Assembly (NCBI GenBank): GCA_000092065.1
Contig: CP000590.1
Length of the DNA stretch: 64,000 nucleotides
Reading direction: 5' to 3' (one strand)
Source: Ostreococcus lucimarinus
Lineage: Eukaryota
Position numbers and translations under genes: made by a program
Notes under the pieces: model-generated
Databases searched by the model: none
What the model saw: the letters and a program-made list of their open reading frames with translations, nothing else
Told to the model about the DNA's origin: nothing
In this document: positions 11,706 through 22,375 of the stretch, piece by piece
How the letters are laid out: each line of letters opens with the position of its first letter
Numbering within the stretch: the first letter of the stretch is position 1

Positions 11706-11963
11706 ATGCGCGCGCGACGCCGCTCCGCGACGCTCGCGTGCGTCGCGTCATCACTCGTGTCCGTCGTTCGCGCGCACTCCGCCGCCGAGTGCGCGGCGCT
11801 CGGCTTCGTGTCGTCCGAGTGCTCTGTGGATGCCTGCGATAATTTACGTTCGAAAACAGCGTCCGTCGCGCTCTACGACGAGTGCCGCGCGTGTTGCGCC
11901 GCCTCGAACGACGCCGCGGCGCCCGTGACATACGCTCGAGCGCTCGTTCGCGTGTGCTCGTGA
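11706..11963 (+). CDS. Small Cys-rich protein with signal-peptide-like N-terminus (hypothetical)
   Basis: 85-aa ORF with hydrophobic N-terminus and 8 Cys residues. The in-frame ORF 11985..12221 that follows ends in SRDEL. Confidence 0.2.
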   Translation: MRARRRSATLACVASSLVSVVRAHSAAECAALGFVSSECSVDACDNLRSKTASVALYDECRACCAASNDAAAPVTYARALVRVCS

Positions 11964-12633
11964 AAACTGGGACGCTTTCCGGAGTTGAAGAAGTTTCAAA
12001 CGGAGAGCTTGCCCGCGTTGCGCCAGACCCGCGACGTGCGGTTCGATTTAGTTCAAGGAATGTCACCGACGCTCACGATGTACGAAGACGCGGCGAGCGA
12101 TAACAACGGCATCGACGTCGACGTCGGTAGCTGGAGTTCGGACGTCATCGTGGAGTATCTCAAATCAAAGTTGACGCCGAGCCCGGACGCGTCGTCGCGG
12201 TCCTCGCGAGACGAGCTTTAAGACGCCGCATCGCGCGAAACATAGACACACGGACATCGCGCCACGACGATCGGTCGTCGCGCGCCGTTAGATTAGCCCG
12301 CGTACGAGTCTTGGGCTTTGACGTTGACGAATTCGACGACGACCGCGCGGTGACTCGCGCTCGGCGAAACGCTCTCGATTCCGAGCCGCCGAGCGCGACG
12401 ATACGCGGTCGTGCGTCGCGTCGCGTCCTCGTTTTCGACCGTCTCGCGCCTAGCGCCGCACCGTGTAATCACGGCATCACATTCGCTCGGCGAACGCGCT
12501 TCGTCGCGCGTTTTCGCGACGCCCTCGTCTCGCGTCTCGCCGCGACGTTTGCCTCGCGGCGCGAGAGCTCGATCGATCTTCACACTCGCGCTCGCGCCGC
12601 GTCCGCACGCGTCCGATCGTCCGCGCGCGCGCG

Positions 12634-14145
12634 ATGACGCGTGCGAAACATCATCCCGCGCGGGCGCGCGGGCGTCGTTCCCCGCTCGCGCGCCTCGTCG
12701 CGCTGATTTCCTTCGCGTTCGTCGTCCGCGCGCGCCTCATCGTGGCGTCGTCGGATGACTACTATAAACTGCTCGGCGTCGATCGCAACGCGGACGAACG
12801 CACGCTGAAGAAGAACTATCGCATTCAGGCGCTGAAGCATCACCCCGATAAGGGCGGATCGCCCGAACACTTCGCGAAGATCTCCGAAGCGTACGAGGCG
12901 CTGACGGATCCGGAGAAGCGACGCGTGTACGACCAGTACGGCGCGGAGGGACTGCGGAACCAGCAAGCCGGCGGGCATCCGGGCGGCGGAGGCGGATTCG
13001 GTGGAGGTGGGTTCGGACATCCGGGAATGCGGTTCGAGTTTAATCAACGCGGCGGCGGGGGAGGTCCGTTCGGCGGGGGCGACCCGTTCGGGGACATTTT
13101 CGGCGACATGTTCGGACGCGGAGGCGGAGGCGGACGCGGAGGGCGAAGACATCCGCATCAGCAGCAGCGTCAGCAGCAACAGCGACCGAAGGAAAATTTA
13201 TTCGATAAAAAGTCACCGGTGACGAGCTTGAGGCAAGGACGGTTTCCGGGGACGGATGCGAAGAATATTTGGTTCATTTCGTTTTACGCCCCGTGGTGCG
13301 GGCACTGTCAGCAGATGAAATCGCAGTTTGAGGAACTCGCGAAGGCGCTCAATGGGTTCGTTCGCGTCGGGGCGGTGAATTGCGAGAAGCAAAAAGGTCT
13401 CTGCGCGATGGAGGGCGTTGATTCGTACCCGACGCTTAAGCTGAAGAAAGCCGGCGTGAGCACGACGTACGATAGCGGCGGACACGGATTTCAACAAATG
13501 TACGACTGGGTGATGAATCAGCTTCCCGTGAGTTTTGCGAACTTGCGAAAGACGGTGCAGTTGGAGAAATTTGTCGCCACGGATTGCACGAAGTGGTCGT
13601 CGAGCGGGAGCGCGTGCGTCATCTTTTTGAACGACAAGCACGAGACGCCGGCTTGGTTTAAAGTCACCGCGTACGCGTTCAGGGACAGGATGCACATGGC
13701 GGAGAGTAGGAGCAACAATCTCGAAATGGGTTTGCATTTCGACGTCGTGAAGCAGCCCGTGCTCATGGTACTTTGCGACGGTGACATGGACAAGACGGTT
13801 GCATACGGTGGCAAGCTCGATCACGACATGAAGAGCGCCGAGGTGGAGAAGTGGCTCGAGTCGTACGCGAAGAGCTACGCGACGGGTTGCGCTCGCGTGA
13901 AAGCGGTGCCGAAACAAGGCCTCAAACTCGACCCTTCGAAGAATTACAGCAAGATGAAAGTGAGCGCGATCAAGGCGCTCATGCAAGTGCACTCGATTCC
14001 GTGCGTCTCATGCTACGAAAAGAGTGATTTCGTCAACGCGATCAACGCGTACATTGAAGAAAAGTTTCCTAAACCGAAATCGAAGAAGAAACGCGGATTC
14101 GGTGCGGAGTACTTGCACTCGTCGTTCGCGCACGACGATTTTTAG
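12634..14145 (+). CDS. DnaJ (J-domain) plus thioredoxin-domain protein, ERdj5/DNAJC10-like, with signal peptide
   Basis: ATG at 12634. Hydrophobic leader. J domain DYYKLLGV...HPDKGG. Gly-rich linker. Thioredoxin fold with WCGHC active site. Confidence 0.8.
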   Translation: MTRAKHHPARARGRRSPLARLVALISFAFVVRARLIVASSDDYYKLLGVDRNADERTLKKNYRIQALKHHPDKGGSPEHFAKISEAYEALTDPEKRRVYDQYGAEGLRNQQAGGHPGGGGGFGGGGFGHPGMRFEFNQRGGGGGPFGGGDPFGDIFGDMFGRGGGGGRGGRRHPHQQQRQQQQRPKENLFDKKSPVTSLRQGRFPGTDAKNIWFISFYAPWCGHCQQMKSQFEELAKALNGFVRVGAVNCEKQKGLCAMEGVDSYPTLKLKKAGVSTTYDSGGHGFQQMYDWVMNQLPVSFANLRKTVQLEKFVATDCTKWSSSGSACVIFLNDKHETPAWFKVTAYAFRDRMHMAESRSNNLEMGLHFDVVKQPVLMVLCDGDMDKTVAYGGKLDHDMKSAEVEKWLESYAKSYATGCARVKAVPKQGLKLDPSKNYSKMKVSAIKALMQVHSIPCVSCYEKSDFVNAINAYIEEKFPKPKSKKKRGFGAEYLHSSFAHDDF

Positions 14146-14194
14146 ATTAGCTACGCGGTAATATTCTTTTACAACACACGAATTCGTTCGAGTT

Positions 14195-15175
14195 TTAATC
14201 GCCACTTCCCCAGGCGTCGCCGAAGGAGGCGGCTCCGGGCGCGCCGCGATTGTCGAACCCGCCCGGCCCGCCCGGAGGACCGAACTGCTGCGGCGGACGT
14301 GGGGGCACGGGATATCCCATAGCCTTGAGTAAAATGCGTGACATCTCTCCGTACAAATGCCCGCCGCGGTCTAGGAGCTGCAACAGCGACATGATGAAAA
14401 AATGCAACGCCTGCGTGTTTTCGTCGACGAGAAAGGAAATCTTCCCAAACAAGTGCACGACGGACGACAAAGAGTGCATGAGCGCCTGCCAACCCGTCAA
14501 CGGCGGCGCGCCGGGCGGTGGACCACCGGGCCCATACGGTCCCATGGGTGGCTGCCCGTACATCCCGCCGCCGTACATCCCGCCGCCGTGCCCGCCGTAC
14601 ATCCCGCCGCCGTACCCGCCGTACATCCCGCCGCCGTACCCGCCGCCGTACCCGCCGCCGTACATCCCGCCGCCGTACCCGCCGCCGTACATCCCGCCGC
14701 CGTACATCCCGCCGCCGTACCCTCCGTACCCGCCGCCGTACATCGAATTTCCGTACGCGCCTCCCCGATACCCTCCGTACATCGAATTTCCGCCGTACGG
14801 CGCGCCTCCGTACGTCGTCCCCGCGTACCCGCTCGGCGACGCCCCGTGCGACGTCCCTCGATTCGTCGTCTCCCACGCTCGACTCTCCGGCGTCGCCGTC
14901 GTTCCCGTCGGATTATTCACCGTCGCCACGGGCGCTATCGCGCGAACGTCGTCGTCGTCGTCGTCGTCAGTCTCTCCGCGTTCGCCTTCGCCTTCGCCTT
15001 CGCCTTCGCGTCGCGTCGCCCGTTCGCTCGTTCGCGCACCGCTCGGCGTCTGTCCCGCCCCCGGCTTATCCCACGGTTTCACCGCGCTTCCGTCGGCCAC
15101 CGGCGTGGACTTCACCGCCGTCTCGCCCGCGCCCGCCGCCGCGCGCCACGGTTTCGGCGGCGGCGGCGTCGCCAT
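14195..15175 (-). CDS. PEX13: Peroxin PEX13 (SH3-less form)
   Basis: ATG verified at 15175. N-terminal PPPPKPW PEX13 motif. Long Gly/Tyr repeat (YGGGMYGGG). Conserved membrane region aligning to human PEX13 (FQSIESIVHAF-like segment). Confidence 0.7.
   Translation of the reverse strand: MATPPPPKPWRAAAGAGETAVKSTPVADGSAVKPWDKPGAGQTPSGARTSERATRREGEGEGEGERGETDDDDDDDVRAIAPVATVNNPTGTTATPESRAWETTNRGTSHGASPSGYAGTTYGGAPYGGNSMYGGYRGGAYGNSMYGGGYGGYGGGMYGGGMYGGGYGGGMYGGGYGGGYGGGMYGGYGGGMYGGHGGGMYGGGMYGQPPMGPYGPGGPPPGAPPLTGWQALMHSLSSVVHLFGKISFLVDENTQALHFFIMSLLQLLDRGGHLYGEMSRILLKAMGYPVPPRPPQQFGPPGGPGGFDNRGAPGAASFGDAWGSGD
14557..14760. repeat. Tandem degenerate repeat (TACATCCCGCCGCCG-like units) encoding the PEX13 Gly/Tyr-rich region
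   Basis: Read directly. On the + strand it produces the artefactual PPYIPPPYPP antisense ORF 14250..15521. Confidence 0.7.
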
Positions 15176-15639
15176 GCCGATTCCCCTCGACGATTCGATT
15201 CGTTCGTCGCGTCGCGCCTTCTCGCCGTCGTCGCGCGTTCGATCGCGACGGCGCGCGCGACGATCAACGCGCGCGTCGTCGCGCGTCGTCGCGGCGCGAC
15301 GGAAGCGACGCGAGCCGACGCGAGCGCGCGATTGTGCGGCGAGTCAACGGCGTCGCGATTCCGTCGCCAGATCGCGCCGCGACGACGCGCGCGATGCCCG
15401 CGCGCGCGCGCGGACGCGCGACGACGCGCGCGGAGAACGCGTTCGTCGTCGCGCGCGATCGCGAGATCGGGCTGCGGCGCGCGCGCGACGAACGACGCGA
15501 CGACGACGACGACGACGATAAAGGCGAGCGATTAGCGACGACGCGCGACGTCGAGCGCACGCCGCGACGCGACGACGCGCGCGCGAGGACGCGGAACGCG
15601 AACGACCGCGCGACGACGCGCGCGCGGTGCGAGGGGCGG

Positions 15640-17376
15640 ATGCGACGATGGGCCGAGGACGACGCGCTGCGGCGGGTGAGCGGACGGTACTGCCCGTTCG
15701 AGCCGGCGCCGCGAAGCACGATCGCGGTGGCGTACAGCGCGGACGGGAAGACGCTGGCGAGCACGCACGGCGATCACACGGTGAAGCTGATCGAGTGCGC
15801 GACGGGGAGGATGGTGCGGACGCTGGAGGGACACGGAAGGACGCCGTGGGTGGTGCGGTTTCACCCGACGAATTCAGACGTGCTGGCGAGCGGATCGCTG
15901 GATAACACGGTGATCGTGTGGGATCGGGCGAGCGGGGTGATGACGGCGCGGTGGGACTTCGGGAAGAGCATCGCGAGCCTGGCGTTCTTTCCAGGGAGCG
16001 ATATTTTGTGCGTCACGTCGGGGCACAGGCTGTACGCGTGGAAGTATAAAAAGTACAAGTTTAGAGAGCAGGTGAACCCCGATGGGAGCGCGGTGAGCGC
16101 GCAGGACGCGATCAAGGTGCTGCTGCGAACGACGCGGTCGCTGCGCGCGGTGCACTTTCATCCCACGGGGGCGCCGATGATTCTCACGGCGGAGGTTCGC
16201 GACATGGACGCGGACGCGCTCGGTCCGGCGTACACTAAGGATGTGGAAGGGGGTTATGATCAAGAAGCTGGGGTGTATTGCGCGCGCGACGACGTCGTCG
16301 AAACGGCGCGGTCGAGATTAGAGACGGAGCTGGAGCTCGGAACGGCCACGAGCGGCCGCCGACGTAGCCTCAACGCCCAAGGAGACGCGATGTGGCGAGA
16401 CCGAGCGAACGCGCCGGCGAACGTCGAAAACGCGCCCGAGGCGACGCGGAAGTACGTGCACGAAATGTTAGGGTTAGGGAATCGTAGATACGCCACGTAT
16501 TCCATGACGCAGATGATGGGACGGATCACGAGCGCGCCCATGCGAGCCGCGCACGAGGAGCGAAACGACGAGGGCGCCGACGCTCGAGGCGCTCGGCGTT
16601 TGCAGCCAGAAGCGAGAGCGGGAGGGATGCCGCAACAGATGCCGCAACAGACGGCACCGATCGTCGCCGCGGCGAGCGCATCGACGATGGCGTCGCCAGA
16701 CTTGCCGTGTATCGTCAAGCTCAAGCTTTGGGAGTTTGAAACGCAATTGGACGAGGATGGCGAGATTGAACTCAAACCTCTCGAGGAGCTACCGTTCGTG
16801 TTACCACAAACAGTGCTATGTAGCGAGATGGGTGCGCACTTTTCACCGTGCGGACGGTACATCGCGACCTGCCAGGCGTGTAAACCGCCCGTACCGAGGC
16901 AAGATTTACGATTTATTTGCGAGCTGCGAGTGTACTCGCTCGATTCACAAAATTTCGGTCAAGTCCTGAGCGCGAGGGCCATCAAGGCGGCGCAGTGCTT
17001 GACGAGCATCCAGTTCAGTCCAACGAGCGCACACGTACTTTTGGCATACGGCCGTCGACACGCTGCGCTGGAAATTCTCATGCCGCATGGTGATTCGTTT
17101 TCCCAAGTGCACACCATCCTCGAGGTGTTTTGCACTGAGAACATGCGTCTCGTGCGGATCATTCCATCCGTCGAGGACGAAGTCAACGCCGCGTGTTTTC
17201 ACCCGATCCCAGGGCAGGGTATCGCGTATGGCACCAAAGAAGGCCGGCTTCGAGTTTTACTCCACGACAGCTCTCCGAAGAGAGCGGAGAAGAGATTATT
17301 GGCCGATGCCGCGGGCGACGATTCACCGCTCACCGTGTCCCGTCGCGATTCTCACGCCATGGACATCGACGAGTGA
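15640..17376 (+). CDS. WD40-repeat protein, AMBRA1/DCAF3-like
   Basis: In-frame ATG at 15640, downstream of the PEX13 start. WD segment ASTHGDHTVKLIECATGRMVRTLEGHGRTPWVVRFHPTNSDVLASGSLDNTVIVWD aligns closely to the AMBRA1 N-terminal WD40 region. The track ORF start at 14518 overlaps PEX13 antisense and is rejected. Confidence 0.65.
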   Translation: MRRWAEDDALRRVSGRYCPFEPAPRSTIAVAYSADGKTLASTHGDHTVKLIECATGRMVRTLEGHGRTPWVVRFHPTNSDVLASGSLDNTVIVWDRASGVMTARWDFGKSIASLAFFPGSDILCVTSGHRLYAWKYKKYKFREQVNPDGSAVSAQDAIKVLLRTTRSLRAVHFHPTGAPMILTAEVRDMDADALGPAYTKDVEGGYDQEAGVYCARDDVVETARSRLETELELGTATSGRRRSLNAQGDAMWRDRANAPANVENAPEATRKYVHEMLGLGNRRYATYSMTQMMGRITSAPMRAAHEERNDEGADARGARRLQPEARAGGMPQQMPQQTAPIVAAASASTMASPDLPCIVKLKLWEFETQLDEDGEIELKPLEELPFVLPQTVLCSEMGAHFSPCGRYIATCQACKPPVPRQDLRFICELRVYSLDSQNFGQVLSARAIKAAQCLTSIQFSPTSAHVLLAYGRRHAALEILMPHGDSFSQVHTILEVFCTENMRLVRIIPSVEDEVNAACFHPIPGQGIAYGTKEGRLRVLLHDSSPKRAEKRLLADAAGDDSPLTVSRRDSHAMDIDE

Positions 17377-17605
17377 GCGCGACGGGTACACCGAACCCAT
17401 CCCATAGTTGTATCACACACTGTATCACCCCACCTTGTATTCGAACACGTTTTGTCTAGTCTTCACTTTCATCGCGTTCCCCGAGGCGCTGCTGCCGACG
17501 TCGCGGCGTCGCGTCGTTCCGATATCTGGGCCCAACTCCCGCGAAATCCGCATACACGCGCGCGCGACCGCGTCGATGGTGCCAAAACCCTAAGCATAAA
17601 ATTCC

Positions 17606-18592
17606 ATGTCGATCGACATCGTCACGCGCGCGTCGCCTCGCGCCCGTTCGTCGCGCAAACTGTTTCAGGAAGACGTTGACGGTGGCAACGCCGCGAGCTC
17701 CAACGCCACCACACTCGAACCGAGCGCGCGCATGCGCCAACCGTACGCTTGGCCAGCTTTGTGGATATTTCCCGTCGCCGTGTTGTTTCTCGCGTTGTTG
17801 TTCCGGGGCATTCGATGCGGTCGCCGTGGTCGCCGATGCCAAAGGCTGTGCTTCGGCGACGATTCAGATTCCAATGACGACGACGTCGAGTTGGGCGATC
17901 GACGCGCGAGCGAATCGGGAGAATCCGACGCCGCGATCACACCAATCGTGCCAGACGCGGATGTCCACGAGTTCCTTCGCGTGATGCGACGGGCGGAATC
18001 TCGCAGAGCGCCAGGTCGATGGACGCACGACGCCGCGTTCGATCCGGGGACGTGGCGCCAGTTAGCCGTCGCTCGCGAGCTCGAGCGACAACGACGTTTG
18101 CGCGACAACGACGAAGCGTCGACGCATCGTCAACCGCTCGTTGGTTTACCCGATCGTCTCGTTCGCCGCGCGAGTACATTTGAAGAGCTCAACAAAGCGC
18201 GCGTCGGCCCCGCGTCGAGAACCGCTCTCCGCAGCTTGCCGCGCTGCGTCGTCGGCAGCCCGCGCTGGTTTCAATTCCTCCGAGCGAACGGCCACATCGA
18301 AGTCAAGATCATCGACGGCTCGGTTCGCCACGTCAAGGACTGCGCCGTCGCCGAGTGCGCGATCTGCACCGAAAGTTTCGAAGACGAGGACTTGGCCCTC
18401 GTCCTCAAGTGCGCGCACGCGTTTCACGACGAGTGCTGCACGCATTGGCTTAAAATTCACGCCTCGTGTCCCATATGTCGCGAGGAGGTCACGCGCATGT
18501 CCCTCGTCGACCGTCACGACGTTTTCACGCGTCGGCGCCGGCGGTACGTGCGCGACGACGCCGAGGCCGCGTCGCGCGGCGCGGCGCCGTGA
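17606..18592 (+). CDS. RING-H2 E3 ubiquitin ligase with N-terminal transmembrane segment
   Basis: ATG at 17606. Hydrophobic segment WPALWIFPVAVLFLALLF. RING-H2 motif CAICTESF...CAHAFHDECCTHWL...CPICR. Confidence 0.75.
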   Translation: MSIDIVTRASPRARSSRKLFQEDVDGGNAASSNATTLEPSARMRQPYAWPALWIFPVAVLFLALLFRGIRCGRRGRRCQRLCFGDDSDSNDDDVELGDRRASESGESDAAITPIVPDADVHEFLRVMRRAESRRAPGRWTHDAAFDPGTWRQLAVARELERQRRLRDNDEASTHRQPLVGLPDRLVRRASTFEELNKARVGPASRTALRSLPRCVVGSPRWFQFLRANGHIEVKIIDGSVRHVKDCAVAECAICTESFEDEDLALVLKCAHAFHDECCTHWLKIHASCPICREEVTRMSLVDRHDVFTRRRRRYVRDDAEAASRGAAP

Positions 18593-18793
18593 GCGGGACG
18601 CTCGCGAACAGACGCCGAGGCACTCGACGTCGCCGCACACGGCCGCGCGCGGTCGACGCCTCGCGCGCGCGCGCGAAACGAAAGATCGAACCAATCGACG
18701 ACGTTGTGATACGAACGTGCGCGCGCAAACCGAGCGAACGACGCGAAAACGGCGCGCAAACGTTCACGCGGTTGAAATTACGAATCGGTTTGA

Positions 18794-20436
18794 ATGAGTT
18801 CTCCCGCGCGTAAACGCGGCGCTGAGAACGCGTCGCCGGGCCTGTGCACGCCCACGGATGCGTCGCCGGAGACGTCGATCGCGACGCCGCACTACGGCGA
18901 GCGGGAGAGCGGTAATAAACGAGGACGGGTGAAGAAGGATGATGAGACGGGGGCGAGCGGACGAGAGTCGAGCGGACGAGAGTCGAGCGGCGAACGGGCG
19001 TCTCGATCGTCCGTGCGTCAGGTAGCGGTGAAGATGCATCTGGACGCGACCCGAACGCGAATGCGAGAGCTGTGCGCGGATTTGGCGGCTAATTACGAAC
19101 GGGCGAGGCGCGCGAGGTAGGGATTCCGGACGATTGCGCTCGAATCGCGTCGGGTCGGACGCTCGGCGCGAACGGCGATGACGCGCTCGGACGATCGCGC
19201 GCGAGAAAGACACTGACGCGTTGGATGTATTGATCATTACAGTGCCCACGCCGCTCGCGAAGAGGCGAGATTGGCCGCGGAAGATATTTTAGACGAGCTC
19301 GAGGAAGTGGAACGGTACGTTTGAACGCACGAAAGACCCGAACCGTTTGAACGGGCACTGACTTCGTTCTTTTTCGCGTCCTTTGCAGGCGACTTCGTGC
19401 GATCGGTGACGACGAACCCGCGGTGGCGGCGATGTTGACGTACTTGTCGTTCGTGCGACGAAAGTCGCGAACGATGGTGACGTTGAACGACATCAACGAG
19501 GACACCCTGCAACTCATTTTGCGGCGAATCGAAGCGCCGTCGCCGAAAGAGTTACTCGCGCTTTCGCTCGTCAACAAACGGTTTCGCGCGGCGATCCGAA
19601 GCCCTACTGTGTGGCATACGCTCGATCTCAGCCGACATGCGGCGACGATGACGAACAAAGTGTTGTACGGGATAGTCAAGGACGACAACGCGTTCGCGTC
19701 CATCGAAGTGCTGAACTTGAGCGGGTGTTCGCAACTCACGGATCTTTCAGTGTTGAAGGTGTTGAACAAGTGCCATCACACCATTCGAGAGATCGATTTG
19801 AGTGGATGCGAACTCTTGACGCTCGAAACCGCGGAGTACATCGGCTTCCACTGCCACGAGCTCGAGCGACTCGACCTCACGGGCTGCAAGCGCGTGCCGA
19901 CGACGTTTTTGTTTCAGAACCTTCCCATCATGCAGTTGAACCTCAAAGACTTGCGCGTCAAAGGGACGAAGCATCTCAACGGGCGCGTTGACGAAGTCGA
20001 CTTTGAAGATCTCGTGGACGCCATCGCGAAATACGTTCGTTGGCTTCAATCGTTCGATGGGACAGTCTTTGACAAGGGTGACGTCCGAGACGTGATGGAG
20101 CTCGTCCACGTGTGCGAGGAGCACCTCGAGTTTTGGCGAAGTGGGAATGCGGTCGCGATCTGTGATCACGCGAGTGAATTACAAAACAATGATCCAACGA
20201 GCACGCCCATGTGTACCATCTTTCCGGAGTGCGGTCACGTCATGTGCGTCGAGTGCTCGGCCGTGGAGCGCCGAAACATGATGCGCGAGGGCGGACGTTA
20301 CGTCTACCCGTGCTCACATTGCGCGCACCCAGTGCGTTTCATGCCCGCGCCGGGCGGATTTGAAATTGTCGTTCACTCGCCCGAAGACTTCAAAAAGCTG
20401 CTCGCCGAACGGCGACGTTTGGGTGGTCCGCCTTGA
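18794..20436 (+). CDS. F-box/LRR protein with C-terminal Cys/His zinc-binding motif; exons 18794..19116, 19243..19314, 19389..20436
   Basis: F-box TLQLILRRIEAPSPKELLALSLVNKRFRAAI. LRR-like LNLSGCSQLTDLSVLKVLNKC. Two 5' introns (GTAGGG...ACTGAC...CAG and GTACGT...ACTGAC...GCAG) join the upstream ORF 18794..19120 in frame. The track start at 19423 is a GTG. Confidence 0.65.
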
Positions 20437-20870
20437 ACGAGGAGTAGTCCTAGCAAACGCCGACGCCGCGAGCGCGTTTTAGTTCTCTACTAGTGCTTTG
20501 CTACTGCTGTACCAATTTTGTAACGCAATGCGTAGATGTATTACGATTCGTACCGTTGTGATCGCGGAGTTACAGGCGAGAGACGAGGCACATTCTTCGG
20601 TGATGTCACGAAAACTTCGTATTACAGGTGAAATGCCGCCGCCCCGCTGCGGGGCGCCGCGTCGCCGAGAGCTTTATCGACGGACTAGAAAGAAGTGGGT
20701 TGAGCTTTCGCCAGGATACAAACCTGAGCGTATAGATCACGCTTATGAGAAAGCGCGCTTACTTACTGTGGGCAGGATAAAGTATAATGTCGTCAGTCTT
20801 TTGTTCGGTTCGGGTTGGGGTCGGCGTCGGGGACGGGAGCTTTCGCTTCTCTTTCGCCTCAAAAGAAAAC

Positions 20871-22055
20871 TTACCTGAGCGCATTCGTCGCGTTGAGATC
20901 TTCATAAGCCGCAAGCAACCGGTCGCACGTCGCTTGTTCCGCGGATCGGATCCACGCGCGCGGATCGTAGTACTTCTTGTTCGGCTTTTCGGCGCCCTCC
21001 GGGTTGCCAATTTGGCCTTGGAGGTACGCGTTGTTCTTGGCTTCGTAGTTCTTGACGCCATCCCAGAAGCTCCACTGGGTGTCGGTGTCGATGTTCATCT
21101 TGATGACACCGTAGCCAACCGCCTCACGGATTTCTTCGCGGGAAGAACCGGAGCCGCCGTGGAAGACAAAGTACACCGGCTTGTCGCTGTCGCCGCCCGT
21201 CTTTTCCTTGACGAACTTTTGCGCGTTGGCCAAAATCTTCGGCGTGAGCTTGACGTTACCCGGGGAGTAGACGCCGTGCACGTTACCGAACGCCGCAGCG
21301 ATGGAGTAGAAGTCCGGCGCGATCGGTTGGAGCGCTTCGTAGACTTGGTAGATCTCTTCCGGCTTGGAGTAGAGGTCTTCCGGCGCGACGTCCGAGTTGT
21401 CGACGCCGTCCTCCTCGCCGCCGGTGATGCCGATCTCCATCTCGAGGAAGCAGTTGATCTTCTTCATGCGCGCCAAGTACTTCTTGCAGATTTCCAAGTT
21501 CTCCTCGATCGGTTCCTCGCTCAAGTCGAGCATGTGCGACGAGAACAACGGTTCACCGTGCTTGGCAAAGTACGCCTCGTTCGCCTCCAACAAGCCGTCG
21601 AACCACGGGAGCAAGTTTTTCGCGCAGTGGTCGGTGTGCAAAATCACCGGCACGCCGTACAGCGCCGCCAATTCCCGCACCATGACCGCGCCCGCGACGC
21701 ATCCCGCGACCGCGGCCTTCTCATCCGCGTTGCTCGTGCCCTTACCGGCCATGAAGTATCCGCCGCCGTTTGAGAATTGCACGATCATCGGCGCGTTCGC
21801 CTTCTTCGCCGCCTCGAGGCACGCGTTGATCACCGGCGACATCGTGCAGTTCACCGCCGGAATCGCGTATCCGTGATGACGCGCGTGGTTCAGCACGTCG
21901 ATCATGTCCTGTCCCGTGACGACGCCCGTCTTCAGCGTCTTCGGCGGCGCGCTCACCGCCGCGCGCGTCTTCGTCGCGCGTCGCGATCGCGACGCGGTGC
22001 TCCGCGACGTCGTCGTCGCGATTCGCGCGGTGTGCGCGAGCTGGCTCGCGTGCAT
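20871..22055 (-). CDS. FBA: Fructose-bisphosphate aldolase class II with N-terminal Ser/Thr/Arg-rich presequence
   Basis: ATG verified at 22055. Matches FbaA along its length (MIDVLNHARHHGYAIPAVN, HTDHC, C-terminal ELNATNAL equivalent to E. coli ...ELNAIDVL). Confidence 0.9.
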   Translation of the reverse strand: MHASQLAHTARIATTTSRSTASRSRRATKTRAAVSAPPKTLKTGVVTGQDMIDVLNHARHHGYAIPAVNCTMSPVINACLEAAKKANAPMIVQFSNGGGYFMAGKGTSNADEKAAVAGCVAGAVMVRELAALYGVPVILHTDHCAKNLLPWFDGLLEANEAYFAKHGEPLFSSHMLDLSEEPIEENLEICKKYLARMKKINCFLEMEIGITGGEEDGVDNSDVAPEDLYSKPEEIYQVYEALQPIAPDFYSIAAAFGNVHGVYSPGNVKLTPKILANAQKFVKEKTGGDSDKPVYFVFHGGSGSSREEIREAVGYGVIKMNIDTDTQWSFWDGVKNYEAKNNAYLQGQIGNPEGAEKPNKKYYDPRAWIRSAEQATCDRLLAAYEDLNATNALR

Positions 22056-22375
22056 GATGAGAGAGGTGTGCGCGCGCGTGTGCGTCTCGGTTCGGTCGTC
22101 GGGCGGTCGAGCGCGGCGATGTGACGACGCGTCGCGCGTCGCGATCGCGTCGCGCGAGCCTTATCCGCGGCGGCGCGGATGACGTCGCGCGTTCGGACAT
22201 TCGGAGTCATAAAGATGGGCGCATTCGCGACTCTTGTGCGGGGATGTTCGGTGATAAATACGATAAATACATCGTGACTGCGCGCGCATACGACCGTGCG
22301 GTCGGTCGCGGTCGGTCGCCGCGAGTCCGAGCGTCGCGCGCGCCGCGCGACGCCGCTCGGCGACGCGCGCGCGCG

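Noticed and set aside
11952-11990. 39-nt GTGTGC...TTGAAG stretch as an intron joining the two small ORFs
   Set aside because: It is shorter than any confirmed intron here (74-339 nt) and lacks the ACTGAC branch motif. It is kept only as a low-interest possibility in the findings.
14518-15639. N-terminal 374 codons of track ORF 14518..17376
   Set aside because: Antisense of the PEX13 Gly/Tyr repeat and promoter, and Arg/Thr/Ser low complexity. The AMBRA1-like homology starts after the ATG at 15640.
20868-20880. Perfect AG|GTAAGT donor-like sequence overlapping the stop codon of the class-II aldolase gene
   Set aside because: The protein already ends at the position homologous to the E. coli FbaA C-terminus (...ELNAIDVL against ...DLNATNAL-R). 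No downstream exon is needed, so this is a coincidental donor-like string.
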